Assembly (NCBI GenBank): GCA_964234715.1
Contig: OZ174287.1
From: Podarcis melisellensis
Lineage: Eukaryota
Strand: one strand, 5' to 3'
Length of the DNA stretch: 64,000 bases
Each line of letters opens with the position of its first letter. Positions within the stretch are counted from its first letter, which is position 1. A program made the position numbers and the translations under genes. Positions 48,151 to 59,520 of the stretch are shown piece by piece. Below the pieces are notes generated by a model. It searched no databases. It worked only from the letters and a program-made list of their open reading frames with translations, and was not told the origin of the DNA.

Positions 48151-48562
48151 GGCCCTTCACACCTGAAACTTGTGCTTGTGATTACAGAGTCTGTTCAACT
48201 GCTTTAATTCTGAATTTTAAACTGTTGTAACCTGACATGGGCCCTACTCCTTAAGCCTAGATAATAAATGCAACAGCAACAATGTTCTGAATGCCAATGG
48301 CCAGCAATCTCAGGTGGGAAAGTAGCACTGTTGGACTACTTCCAGGCTTCTCACAGACATCTGGTTAGCCACTGTGAGAATTCTCAGCTAGGTGGACCTT
48401 TGGCCTGACCCAGGAAAGCTCCTTTGTTTAAACTGGGTAATGAAACCTAGGGCAGTAAGATGCAAATAGGCAAGTTTTTGATGGCTTTCATGGGATTCTA
48501 TCTGGCAATCAATCTTCCCTCCAATGCCTGCCCTGGTACTGGATATATTACTAATATATCAC

Positions 48563-48725
48563 TGATGGAACAGCCGAGAGACCAAGAATAAGCAACACAA
48601 TAGATTTCATCTCTCCTCCTCACTGGCTCCTCTGCCTCCTCTGCCCTGTACAAAACAAAAGAGACTGATGGTGAAAAATCAGACAATGCTATTTAAGCCA
48701 GAAAACTTCCTTTGGAGATTTGCAT
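48563..48725 (-). pseudogene. Orphan VH leader (48610-48563) with TATA (48690) and octamer (48718)
   Basis: Duplicate of the V51573 leader/promoter; splice donor and V exon deleted. Confidence 0.8.
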
Positions 48726-49412
48726 GAAGGCCATTGGGCTCTGCATTTAGGAAGTGAATAAGATAAAAGGAAGCACTCCTGCTGAAGCACTGAGAATTCA
48801 ACCTGAAGCTGCCCCATCCCAATTCAGACCATGGATCTATCTAGATGTCTACTCTCTATACTGGGTGTCAGGAAGTAAACTTTCCCAGCCTGGTTGAAAA
48901 TGCCAGTGATTGAGCCTGGGACCTTTTGCATGCAAATCACATGCTCTGCCACTGCGCTGTTGCTCTTATTGACCCTTCAGCGTTCTCTCTATTGTTGCTC
49001 ATGCCAGGCTGGGCTCCATGTCAGCAACACCAACACAACCACCATTCAGGAATGGCCAAGTTCAAATACAGGGGGAGAAGGCATCCTGTTCAAAGTCCAA
49101 GAGGGATAGGAGACACTTTGTCCCAAATTCTTTTGTCTGACAGATAGGAGAGCAGCTGCCAGCCAGTGTAGACTATACTGAACTAGACGGACTATTGGCC
49201 GGATTCAACATAATGCTCAGTGAGATGAGATTTTGGGCTCAACCACCATTCATGGGGCAATGAGATCTGGGGCTGTGCAATGCACATGAGCAAGTTTTCA
49301 ATAGCTTCCATGGGATTCTCTGATCTGCCCTCCAACCACCCTCATTCCCTGCTCTAATGCTGGTGTATTACTGGTTTTTTGCATGGATGATTCGTTGTCT
49401 TGCTTTGCTGTG

Positions 49413-49864
49413 TCTCCTGCACAATAATATACTGCCGTGTCTGCAGCTGTTAGGGAATTCATCTGAAGATAGACTTCGTTTTTGTTGATGTCCCTAGAGA
49501 TGGTGCTTCGGCTGCTGAAAGCTGAATTGTAGTAGCTGCTTCCTCCACCTGATGTGGGCCGAATGTTACCCATCCATTCCAGATCTTTCCCTAGAGTTTC
49601 TCGGATCCAGCCCCAGTAATAACCACTCACTTGGGCACCAGAGACCGAGCAGGTCAGTTTGAAGGACTTGCCTGGTTTTATGATTCCAGGGCCAGATTGG
49701 GTCAGCTGAGGACTGGAGGAGATACCTGCAAAAAGAGGGCAAATACTGGAGCTCTAATATGGATTCTTTCTGGGTTGGGTTCCAGATTCTTGTTTTTACA
49801 ACTAGCATAAATACTCACCAGGTGAGCCACTTAGGGCAATGAGGAAAATTAGCAAAGATTGCAT
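49413..49864 (-). CDS. IGHV: IGHV, intact (leader 49864-49819, V exon 49725-49413)
   Basis: MQSLLIFLIALSGSPG / SPQLTQSGPG..WIRETLGKDLEW..YYCAGD; tgctgtg(49406)-23-gttttttgc; octamer 49980. Confidence 0.93.
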
Positions 49865-50885
49865 GTTTTTCTTTTTCGTTATTCACTCCTCTGTTTTTTA
49901 TACAGAATGTAAGTGACTCAACCGGCCCATGTCTCACCATTGGAGAAGACTATTTAAACAGAGCCATCCTGCTTGGCAGATTTGCATAAAGAGAACTCAG
50001 TCTAGTCCAGTCCTGTATTTAAGAAGCAGAGAGGTTTAAAGAAGGTCACAGTTGCTAAGGCTGCACATTTAATATTCTATTGACACAGACAAACGGTCTT
50101 CCCCCAAAATAAGGTAGCTGTCATTTCATATTTTAGGATACTCCATACATAAGAAGTGTACAGTGATGTACTTGAAAATATGTCTGTCTCCTTTTTAAAA
50201 GGAATCAAAGCAGGTACCAGTGCGTTTTGAGAAATATAAAATATTGAAGAAAGGAAAATTACAGAGTAATGCATCTCATTGTCAGAATAGCAAATTTCCA
50301 TATTCACATTGAATGCCCAAAGACAGGATATTCTGTCCTTGTTGCTGCCATTTGCTCCATATGTGAGAGGGGGCACATTGATGCCCAGTGGCAGTTATGC
50401 TAGAAGCCTGGATTTCCCTCTTGTTTTCTGTCAAAAGTTCTTGTGTCTGCCCCAGAATATGGGTGTGTGTGTGCTCTCCGGAGGTCAGCAACAGCATAAA
50501 AGTCAGGGGTGTACATGCGTATGAAAGAGAGTAGTGGGTAAGGGTGTTGGGCTTAGCTGAGGAGGAGGAGGAGGCCTCGCTGTGGCATTGGATGAGGGAC
50601 ATCTGGGAATTAAAACAGAAGCTGGGCTGACTTCAGTAGATTTGGGATGTTGCACTCATAGTGGAACAGTTTGTGTGTATGCCGATTTTTGTGTCTCTAT
50701 GTCTGCATGAATGCGCATTGAGCATGAGTAATGAATGGATTCTGCGGTGTGCTCTGGAGATGAAAGGGTGGTGCCATGCTAAGGAAAATGTTCAATAGCT
50801 TACACAGAATATTATGAGACAAAATAAGTTGGCCCCTGCAGAAAAGAGGTACAGCTGAGTATACTTGCCTCGGATCTCAGAGGGT

Positions 50886-51259
50886 TAAAGTAAAGGTAAA
50901 AAGTAAAGGAGCCCTGGAACGTTAAGTCCAGTCAAAGGCGAGTATGGGGTTGAGAGCTCATCTCCCTTTCAGGCCGAGGGAGCTGGCATTTCCAGGTCAT
51001 GTGGCCAGCATGACTAAACTGCTTCTGATGCAATGGAACATCGTGAGGGAAGCCAGAGAGCACGGAAACACTGTTTATCTTCCCACCGCAGCAGTACCTG
51101 TTTATCTACTTGCACTGGCGTGCTTTCGAACTGCTAGGTTGTCAGGAGCTGGGACAGAGAAATGGGAGCTCACCCCGTCACAGGGATTTGAACCGTCGAC
51201 CTTCTGATCAGCAAGCCCAAGAGACTCAGTGGTTTAGACCACAGTGCCACCCATATCCC
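50886..51259 (-). mobile_element. Sauria SINE, near full length
   Basis: Reverse complement of the 58497 element, with (tttacc) tail. Confidence 0.85.
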
Positions 51260-51572
51260 TTCTTCAGAGGGGTCAGCCTCCAGGGACCAGCTGCTTTTTA
51301 TTTGAGTATATAACTTTCCTCTAACAAGACTCCTGCTATGGGCCTCAGACAAGCCCTGCACGGGCCTGGAAAAAAATACTGTTAACTCATTCTCCCTCCC
51401 TGCCATGGTGGTGGGCATTTTGCTTGTGTTTGTCAACAATAATCTTCCATCCAGACCATGCAGATTATTTATTTGGAGTTCTGGTCGAAACGGAGAGCTG
51501 GCTGTGTCCCTGTAGACATTCAAGTCAGAGTGTGGTTTTTGCTGGGGTGCTCCACCGCTTTGCCAAACTGTG

Positions 51573-52036
51573 ATGCTTTTGCACAAAAGTACGTTGCAGT
51601 GTCTGCAACTGTCAGGGAGCTCAGCTGGAGGTAGACTTTATTTCTGGAGGTGTCCCTGGAGATGCTGGCTCGGCTGCTGAAAGTTGGGTTGTAATAGGCA
51701 TTTCCTCCATTTATTGAGTGCTGAATGAAACCCAACCATTCCATCCTTTTCCCTGGAGGCTGCCGGTTCCAACTCCAATAATAACCACTGACTTGGACAC
51801 CGGAGACAGTGCAGGTCAGTTGGAGGGACTCTCCGGGCTTAAGCTCAACTGGGCCAGTCTGAGTCAGCTGTGTACTGGATAAGACACCTGCAGAAAGGGG
51901 GCAGAAATGATACAGTTAAAGGTAGCATTCACTTTCTGATTAGTTCAATTTGCTTTTGAAAAAGATCTAATGCATAAAAATCCTCACCTGGTGAAACAGC
52001 CGAGAGATCAAGAATAACCAACATTATAGATTTCAT
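51573..52036 (-). CDS. IGHV: IGHV, intact (leader 52036-51988, V exon 51887-51573)
   Basis: [40 protein letters not shown]; aactgtg(51566)-23-ggtttttgc; octamer 52145. Confidence 0.93.
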
Positions 52037-52941
52037 CTCTCCTCCTCACTTGCTCCTCTGCCTCCTCTGTTCTGTAGAAAACAAAAGAGAATGACGGTGA
52101 AAAATCAGACAATGCTATTTAAACCAGAAAAACTTCCTCTGGAGATTTGCATGAAGGCCTTTGGGTGCTGCATTTAGGAAGTGAATATGATAAAAGGAAG
52201 CACTCCTGCAGGGGTTGCCAAAATGGAAGGTCAAGCACCAAGAACTCAACCTGAAGCTGCCCCATCCCAAGTCAGACCATTGATCTATCTAGATGTCTAC
52301 TCTCTATACTAGGTGTCAGGAAGGAATCTTTCCCAGCCTGATTGAAGATACCAGGGACCTTTTGCATGCAAATCACTTGCCCTACCACTGAGCTATAGCT
52401 CTTATTTATCCTTCAGGCTTGTCTCTATTGTTGCTAATGCCAGGCCAGGCTCCACGTCAGCAACGCCAACAGTGACAGTCACCACTTAGGAATGGCCGAG
52501 CTCAAATACAGGGGGGAAAGGCATCCTGGTCAAAGTCCAAGAGGGATAGCGGATACTTTTTCCCCAAATTCTTTTGTCTGACAAATAGGAGAGCAGCTGC
52601 CAGCCAGTGTAGACTATACTGAACTAGATGGACTATTGGCCTCATTTAATATAACAGTGAGATGAATGCCCAGTGAGAATGCTCAGTGAGATGAGATTTT
52701 GGCCTCATCCACCATTAATGGGGCAATGAGATCTGGGGCTGTGCAATGCACATAAGCAAGTTTTCAATAGCTTCCGTGGGATTCCCTGAGCAATAAATCT
52801 TCCCTCCAAGAATGCTGCAAGAATGCTGTATGAACAGACTAGCCAGAGCTCTGGTCAAAACAGGGGTCTAATGGAGTCTGTAGAGGCATTCATGGTGGAA
52901 TGTGTTTTTGAATGGATGCTCCATTGCTTTGCTTAACTGTG

Positions 52942-53386
52942 GCGCCCTTCCACAATAATACATTGCTGTGTCTGCAGATGTCAGGGACCTCAGCTGCAGA
53001 TACACTTCATTTCTGGATGTGTCCCTGGAGATGCTGGCTCGGCTGCTGAAAGCTGGACTGTAGTACGAAGTTCCTCCAGATGCAGTGCTCCGAATGTGAC
53101 CCAACCATTCCATCCTTTTTCCTGGAGGCTGCCGGATCCAGCCCCAGTAATAACCACCGACTTGGACACCCGAGACAGAGCAAATCAGTTTGACTGTGTC
53201 TCCAGGCTTCACTTCTCCTGTACCAGATTGGGTCAGTTGTGTACTGGATAAGATACCTGCAGAAAAGGGACAGGAATTACAGAGTTCTGAAATAAATGCT
53301 CTTTGGTTGAAGCTTTGTGTATTTTACAGCAGCGATAAATACCCACCAGGTGAGATGCTCAGAAGAATGAGCCAAAAGGATCTCAT
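52942..53386 (-). CDS. IGHV: IGHV, intact ORF (40-nt leader 53386-53347, V exon 53256-52942)
   Basis: MRSFWLILLSISPG / STQLTQSGTG..YYCGRA; aactgtg(52935)-23-tgtttttga; octamer mutated (atttccat 53500). Confidence 0.92.
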
Positions 53387-53640
53387 ATTTCTTTTTAATC
53401 ACTCACTCCTCTGTCTTTTGTACAGATTGTATGAGGCCCTTTCAGGTCACAGAGTACCACAGGACACTGCTATTTAAACAGGAAGGGTATGTCTGATCAA
53501 TTTCCATAAAGGGAAGCCACTTCAGTCTTGTCCTCTATTTAAGAAGAAGGACATGCTAAAATAGGGTTGCCATATTTCAAAAGGTGGAAATTTGAACACA
53601 AAAGTTGTTGAGGGGTCCAGGGGTCCTTTACCTAAAATAT

Positions 53641-53927
53641 GTCTGCAGCTGTCAAGGACTTCGGCTGCAAGGAGAATGAATTGGTGGGTGTATCTGCAGA
53701 GATGGTGATTTGTCCTTGTAAAAACGAGGCATAGTTTGTGTGCCATCTGGACCTAGTCCAGTTTACTGCTCCCTTCCATTCCAGTCCTTTTCAAAAATGT
53801 TTCTGGACCCAGTGCAAATAAGGACCCAAAACAGAGAATTTAGTGACCGTACAGGTAAGGCTGAGGGCCTCTCTGGGAGACACTGTCCCAGATCCGAACT
53901 GGACAAGTTGGGTACCAGACAAGGCAC
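53641..53927 (-). pseudogene. IGHV: Divergent IGHV pseudogene, FR2 stop, 3'-truncated (no YYC, no RSS)
   Basis: TQLVQFGSG..LSLTCTVT..LHWVQKHF*KGLEW..ITISADT..FSLQ..LTAAD; octamer 54098. Confidence 0.85.
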
Positions 53928-55696
53928 CTAGGTAGGAAAAGAGGGAGGATCGGAAGTAAGGAGGGTCTCAGTAAGACCTAGATGATGTGTAACACAGACC
54001 TTACACACTCACTGTGAGTAAGAATCCAAATAAAGGAATTCGTTGTCTTGGGTGGTATGGAAGAAATGTCAAAACATTAGAATTGTGTGGAGTATTTATT
54101 TGCATAACGTAGATTTATGCCTCAAGCAGGCTTAAGACAGACACCAGGGTCAACACTCCATTTCCTTTACCACTCAGTAGAAATGACAAATTGTAACAAG
54201 CTTGTGTGTTGGAGGCAAGAGGGAAACAGACAAGAGGGAAACAAATGGTCATTATAGGCTCACTTTACAAAGGCTGCTTCCAAAATTACTGCTCATTTAT
54301 CACCAGCATTATTGGCAGCAATAATGTTTGTATATTGCCAGCAACACGCATAATACTTCAATGTGTAAAGAAAATGCTTGAGTTTAGCTGCTTCAGCATT
54401 TGTGCATTTGTAAGTACTTTTTTATTTTTGAGCACTGTCCTAAATTGGATAAAAATAGGCCAACAAGGTTTGGGGTCAGGGATAGAGGAAATAAAGTGAT
54501 TCTCCACCCCTCATTTTGTTGTTCAGGAAAGAACTCAGGGGTGGGGTCTACAGAGAGCAAAGACTCAGCCATACAGCTGCAAATAAAACGTTTTAAGTGC
54601 AATATACAATGTGACGATGGTGATGGTGAGCCTTATGGAAAATTCATTGTATTTTTTAAAAAGCTTTTTAAAAAGCTTTTTTTGAGCAGTTTTAATATGT
54701 GTCTAGATTCCACCCAAGACTCAAGGGATTTCCTTGTATCTGAGCTTTCTCACAGAACCCTTTGCAAATATATTCAGTGACTGGCATGCACATGATTCAG
54801 TACACTATGACAAGCACTGTCTTTTTTGTGATGGTTGTCCATACCCTCCAACTTTTGACATATGAAAGAAAAAAATCAGTCCCACTGTGTATATTTTGTG
54901 TATACACATGTGAATTTTGACTGTCAGTTTTGACCTGCTCTCTGTCTTACATGCCATTTTCCCACCTGGCCTGGGTGGGCAGGGCCCTGACTGACTCCAG
55001 CTGCAAATTCTTCCAGTGAGTTTCATCTTTTTTCCATAAGTTTTTGTATCTATTCTTCCTTTGCTGGGACTTCTGCTTCTTTCCATTTGGGGGCAAATAG
55101 CATTCTTGCATACATAAATTTCTATACAATTTAGGTACTTCTGTCCCTATAATTCCGAAAAGGAAAAAAGAAGAAGAAGAAAAGTTTTTTTGGGAATAAC
55201 TATTTTTGTTATATTATGCAGTATAGTGATCACAATAGGCTGCTGAATCAGATCTTATCAGATGCATGGAAAATTCAGAGAGATAGTTTTCTTAACCAAG
55301 CCTCGATTCAGTGGATACGATCAGATTTCCGTAAGGCACAGCCACGGAGCAACAAGAAACGCCCTTGAACCCGGGGGGATTAGTTGGTGCACAACACAAT
55401 CAAAGTTCAAGTGAAAGTGTGGGTGAGTTTCTAGGGAGAGGAAACAGAATGAAACACAGGCTTCCTGCTGAGAGTTAAATTTGGATTCAATGGAAGAGAA
55501 AGAAAGTGAGGAACACAGGTGGCCAACTGGGACTGCCATCACCCAAAGGGAGAATCAGAAACGCAACAGAAAGACAGATGGAAATTCATCACCCAGTTCA
55601 GTTTGAACGGAGACTTTTGCCCTAGTCAAAAGTGCAGATCTGTGGTTTTCCTATTTGGCTTCTAAATGGGTTTCTGTATGGGTGATTAGCACTGTG

Positions 55697-55710
55697 GTTG
55701 TTACTCCATC
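55697..55710 (-). other. IGHD: DH segment 5' of V cluster, 14 nt (GATGGAGTAACAAC)
   Basis: ggtttctgt(55669)-12-cactgtg(55690) | D | cactatg(55711)-12-acaaaaaca(55730). Confidence 0.9.
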
Positions 55711-56107
55711 CACTATGACTGAACCCTTTACAAAAACATCCCATCCTATGAGCTTGTGGAAGTATGGAACCGGCACTCTGTTCCTGGTGATATGGATGGA
55801 CCAGTCGATACCCAACCACTAGAGACAAACGCATCCCCATCTTTCTGTTTGCATTAGCAGAAACCCCTCCCCCCATCCTCTCTCTTTCTCTAAATATTGT
55901 TTGCACCTTGGCACCTGGGAAAGGGCCAAAGGTGTCCTTTTTCAGAGCCAGGCTTTCTGGGAGGAGAACAGAAAAGTTCAAAATCGAATGATCAACAATT
56001 CATTTTGTTTGCCACATCATCCTGGTTTGTTCTCCTCCATCCCATATGACAATTCCCTTCTAACTGTAACCCAGAGGCCCCTTATCTCTAAGGCACTGTC
56101 TGCACTA

Positions 56108-56198
56108 TAGTTCTTTGGCGATCACTCGTAGCCGAGTAAGATCTTCTTCCATGAACACGATCTTAACTGTCAGTCTTCAAGTAACTGTGGAGGCCAAT
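56108..56198 (-). mobile_element. RTE-like LINE 3' end fragment
   Basis: ttctttggcgatcactcgtagccgagtaagat recalled as an RTE-type 3' end; not database-checked. Confidence 0.45.
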
Positions 56199-56668
56199 TA
56201 ACAATGTACAATGTACAATGTACTTTAACCATGTCTAGATGTCTCAGAGAGATGGACAGACAGACAGAACACCAGGAGAATGCAAATGAGTGTGCACTGT
56301 CATATATAGAGAGGAAAGGGTCTCTGTATCTTTTGCACTATTCACTCCAACAATCACTTTGTGCATTATTTCCTCCAGCTCCTCCTGTTTGACCATACAA
56401 CCTTGGTGACATTGACCATGTTCCCCGATTAGGTGGGAGGAAGCAAAAGCAACACAGACTTGAAGCCAACAGTTGATTTAAGATTTACAGGGAGAGGGAA
56501 GGGAAACAGGTGGCTGCGCCAAAAAGGGCAACCAGAACCCAACACAAAGACAGATGGAAGTTCATCAACCAATTCACTCTGCGTTGAGACCTCTAAACTT
56601 TGGCCCAGCCCACTGTGCAAATCTGCAGTTTTCCCATCTTGGTTTTCGTATGGGTGCGTAGCACTGTG

Positions 56669-56682
56669 GCTCCCACCCCATC
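56669..56682 (-). other. IGHD: DH segment 5' of V cluster, 14 nt (GATGGGGTGGGAGC)
   Basis: ggttttcgt(56641)-12-cactgtg(56662) | D | cacagtc(56683)-12-acaaaaacc(56702); paralog of D55697. Confidence 0.92.
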
Positions 56683-57716
56683 CACAGTCACTGAAGCCTT
56701 GACAAAAACCTACCGTCCAATGAGCTTGTGGGAAATACTAAGTGTAAGCATGGGGTGCACACTCTGTTCCTGTTGATACGACATGCCTTCTAATTGTCCC
56801 CATTTTCCAGGGACAATCCCGCCTGGAATTACGAAAGCCACCCTGACTTCTGATTTGACCCCAGGATGTCCCCATTTCCCCTGCCAGTGCTGCTACTGCC
56901 AAGCTCAGGGAGTAGGATGAGCCTGTGCTTGTCCTGAGTGGCGATGGCAGCAAAGGACCATCCTGTTGCCTCTCCATAGCTACTGCTGCTGGCCTCCTCT
57001 CTTGGGCAGCTTGTAGTGGTTTCTGGAGAGCAGGCGAAGAGGGACAGGCAGAGGACAAGGCTGCCCTGGGCAGGAAGAAAGGGGAAGCAGAGCGGAGCGC
57101 AAGGAGCCTTTAAAAAAATGTTTTGTGCCTGCATGCAGGGACAGAGGAAGGGGGGGTGCAATGGGGGGCAAGCCACCTGGGGTGTCACCACTAAGGGGTA
57201 TGACAAAAACTTGGGCGGTGCTCACCATGGGGCCTGCAGTGCGCCCGGGCCACGCATCTCTCCTGGGAGTGACACAGTGGCTTGGGCGCCCACAGGCCCT
57301 ACACTTCCCCAAACGGTCCGCCTGCCGCCTCCGCCTCAGTTGTAGGGCGGCTGAGTAGGAGGAGGCAGGCAGACTCCTCAGAGGTCCTGTGGAGCGTCCT
57401 GCCCTGGCTGGCCCCGCCCCCATGGCAGCTGGCTCCGCCCCTAGCCGCAGGGCACGCACGCCGCCCCAGCTGCCCAATCAGCTTGCTCTGCTGCTGCGCA
57501 CACGTCTCATCTTGCCCCTTTCTAAAATCCATTGATTGGTGTGTGTTTTTCTTTTTGTAAATCTACCAAAGAATAAAATAAAATCAGGATTAAGGGGTTT
57601 TCTTAAGATGGTGGAGGGTGTGTGTGCTGGGTCCCATTGAGGTAGTGATGGCAGGATTCGCCCCTCTTCTGATAGGAAATGCTCTCTGGACCTGACCAGA
57701 GAAAATGACAGATTAA

Positions 57717-58058
57717 GTTGCTGGACTATGCCGAAACGACCGGAAGGATCCGAAATCAGGAAGACCAAAATTTTAATGAGGAATGGGGGAAATTTAGAAC
57801 TTACCTTAAAAACCATTGTAAACAGTTAAAACCGTCAGCAGGATTGGAATAACACTTGTAGAGAAATGGTGAATTTTGGATGTAACAGAGATGTAAAAGA
57901 TCTGGATTATTATAAAAGATGCAGGAAGAAATGATTAATAATAGGACCCACAAAGGGGAGGAGGGAAGTCCAAGAGATTCTTTGGAATCTTGTTTTTATG
58001 TTGTATGTTGGATATGTGATTGTAAAATTCTAATTTGAAAAACCAAATAAAAAAAATT
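57717..58058 (+). mobile_element. L1/Tx1-like LINE 3' fragment
   Basis: DYAE..IRNQEDQNFNEEWGKFRTYLK; aataaa plus A tail. Confidence 0.65.
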
Positions 58059-58405
58059 ATCAAAAGGGGGGGAAAGGGGGAAATGAAATTCTCTCTGGGG
58101 GCAGGAGTGGAATGTGGGCTTGAGGAGGGTTAGTTGTGGGGGATTGAGAAATGTCCTTATTTTCATCTGAGGAATGTTGGAGGGTGTGACATGGTTGGCT
58201 ACAACCAGGGCTGGTACCAGACTTTAGGAGACTCCTGGCGCTGTCTAGCTGATATCTGCCTGTTGTCTCTGAACCTACCCTACCCTTTGCCTTGGCAAAA
58301 CCTGCTTCCTCCTTTCCCATGATGCCACCCCATTCCTCCTCCCCTCGCCCACCCCCTTACTTAAAATAATAATAAAAAAATGCAACTTTAAAATTTCAAT
58401 GTTAC

Positions 58406-58940
58406 TGGATAGCTCAGTTGGTTAAAGAGTGGTGTTGATAAAGCCAAGGTTGCAGATTCGATCCCCATATGGGGACACCTGCATATCCTAGCTTTGGACG
58501 TGGGTGGCGCTGTGGTCTAAACCACTGAGACTCTTGGGCTTTCCGATCAGAAGGTCAGAAGTTCAAATCCCTGCAACGGGGTGAGCGCCCGTTGCTCTGT
58601 CCCTGCTCCTGCCAACCTAGCATTTCGAAAGCACACCAGTGCAAGTAGACAAATAGGTACCACTTTGGCGGGAAGGTAAATGGCGTTTCCATGTGCTCTG
58701 GCTTCCGTCACGGTGTCCCATTGCACCAGAAGCAGTTTAGTCATGCTGACCACATGATTTGGAAAGTTGTCTGTGGACAAACGCCGGCTCCCTTGGCCTG
58801 AAAGTGAGATGAGCGCCACAACCCCATAGACGCCTTTGCCTGGACTTAACTGTCCAGGGGTCTTTTACCTTTTACCTGTAGGGAGTTGGACAAGATGATC
58901 CTCAGGGTCTCTTCCAACTGTGCAATTCTATGATTCTGCG
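58406..58940 (+). mobile_element. tRNA/CR1-tail SINE interrupted by a nested Sauria SINE
   Basis: Head ggatagctcagttgg..gattcgatcc (58407-58466); CR1-type tail resumes after 58877. Confidence 0.7.
58497..58876 (+). mobile_element. Sauria SINE, full length
   Basis: ggacgtgggtggcgctgtggtctaaaccac...ttttaccttttacc tail. Confidence 0.88.
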
Positions 58941-59269
58941 TTATGAATAAAAGAAACAAACACATTCCAAGAAAGGAAGGGAAGCCAAGGTTCACTTCTG
59001 CGCACACATCTCCATTTACGAGGAATCGCCAAGGTCACCTTAGGCAGGACTGGGATAGTGATTTACCAGGGAGAAGCATGAGAAAGCAGAGCAGTCTCAG
59101 GTAAATGAGTTGGTGCATATGTGACAAAAGCTCCATTAGAGCTGACTTCTGTGGTTGGCAGTCATCTGCTTGGTGGCCTTGGGACAGGCTGACATGGATA
59201 GGAGCTTCTACAAGGACTTTTGCATAGCTTCCAAGCAGCTGTGGGAATAGGGCAAATCTATTCTCACAA

Positions 59270-59438
59270 CAGTGGCGTAGCGTGGGGGGTGCGGGGGGGG
59301 GCGGCCGCACCGGGCGCAACATCTGGGGGTTAGGGTTAGGGTGCGCAAATCCATGGGTTAGGGGGCGCAAATCCACGGGTTAGGGGGTGCAAATTACTTG
59401 CCTTGCCCCGGGTGCTGACAACCCATGCTACGCCACTG
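59270..59438. mobile_element. hAT-type MITE containing TTAGGG repeats
   Basis: TIRs cagtggcgtagc/gctacgccactg; 8-bp TSD tctcacaa. Confidence 0.88.
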
Positions 59439-59501
59439 TCTCACAATCTACCTGGACCTTTGTGGAAATACAGAGCCATAAATTATGCTTTCGTTATGAA
59501 A

Positions 59502-59520
59502 TGCTGCCACCTGATGGCAC
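59502..59520 (-). promoter_or_regulatory. CTCF-like motif
   Basis: GTGCCATCAGGTGGCAGCA. Confidence 0.55.

Noticed and set aside
50684-50760. gatttttgt-23-cattgag possible relic V RSS
   Set aside because: Heptamer lacks CAC and the adjacent sequence has no convincing FR3 homology.
22485-53927. Interpretation as a TCR (VH-delta/TCR-mu-like) or light-chain locus
   Set aside because: Ds have 12/12 RSSs, Vs have 23-type RSSs and IgH-oriented ATGCAAAT octamers, which is the IgH configuration.
56880-57510. GC/CpG-rich stretch with several ORFs
   Set aside because: Looks like the interior of a non-autonomous DNA transposon; no coherent gene structure; family not identifiable without a database search.
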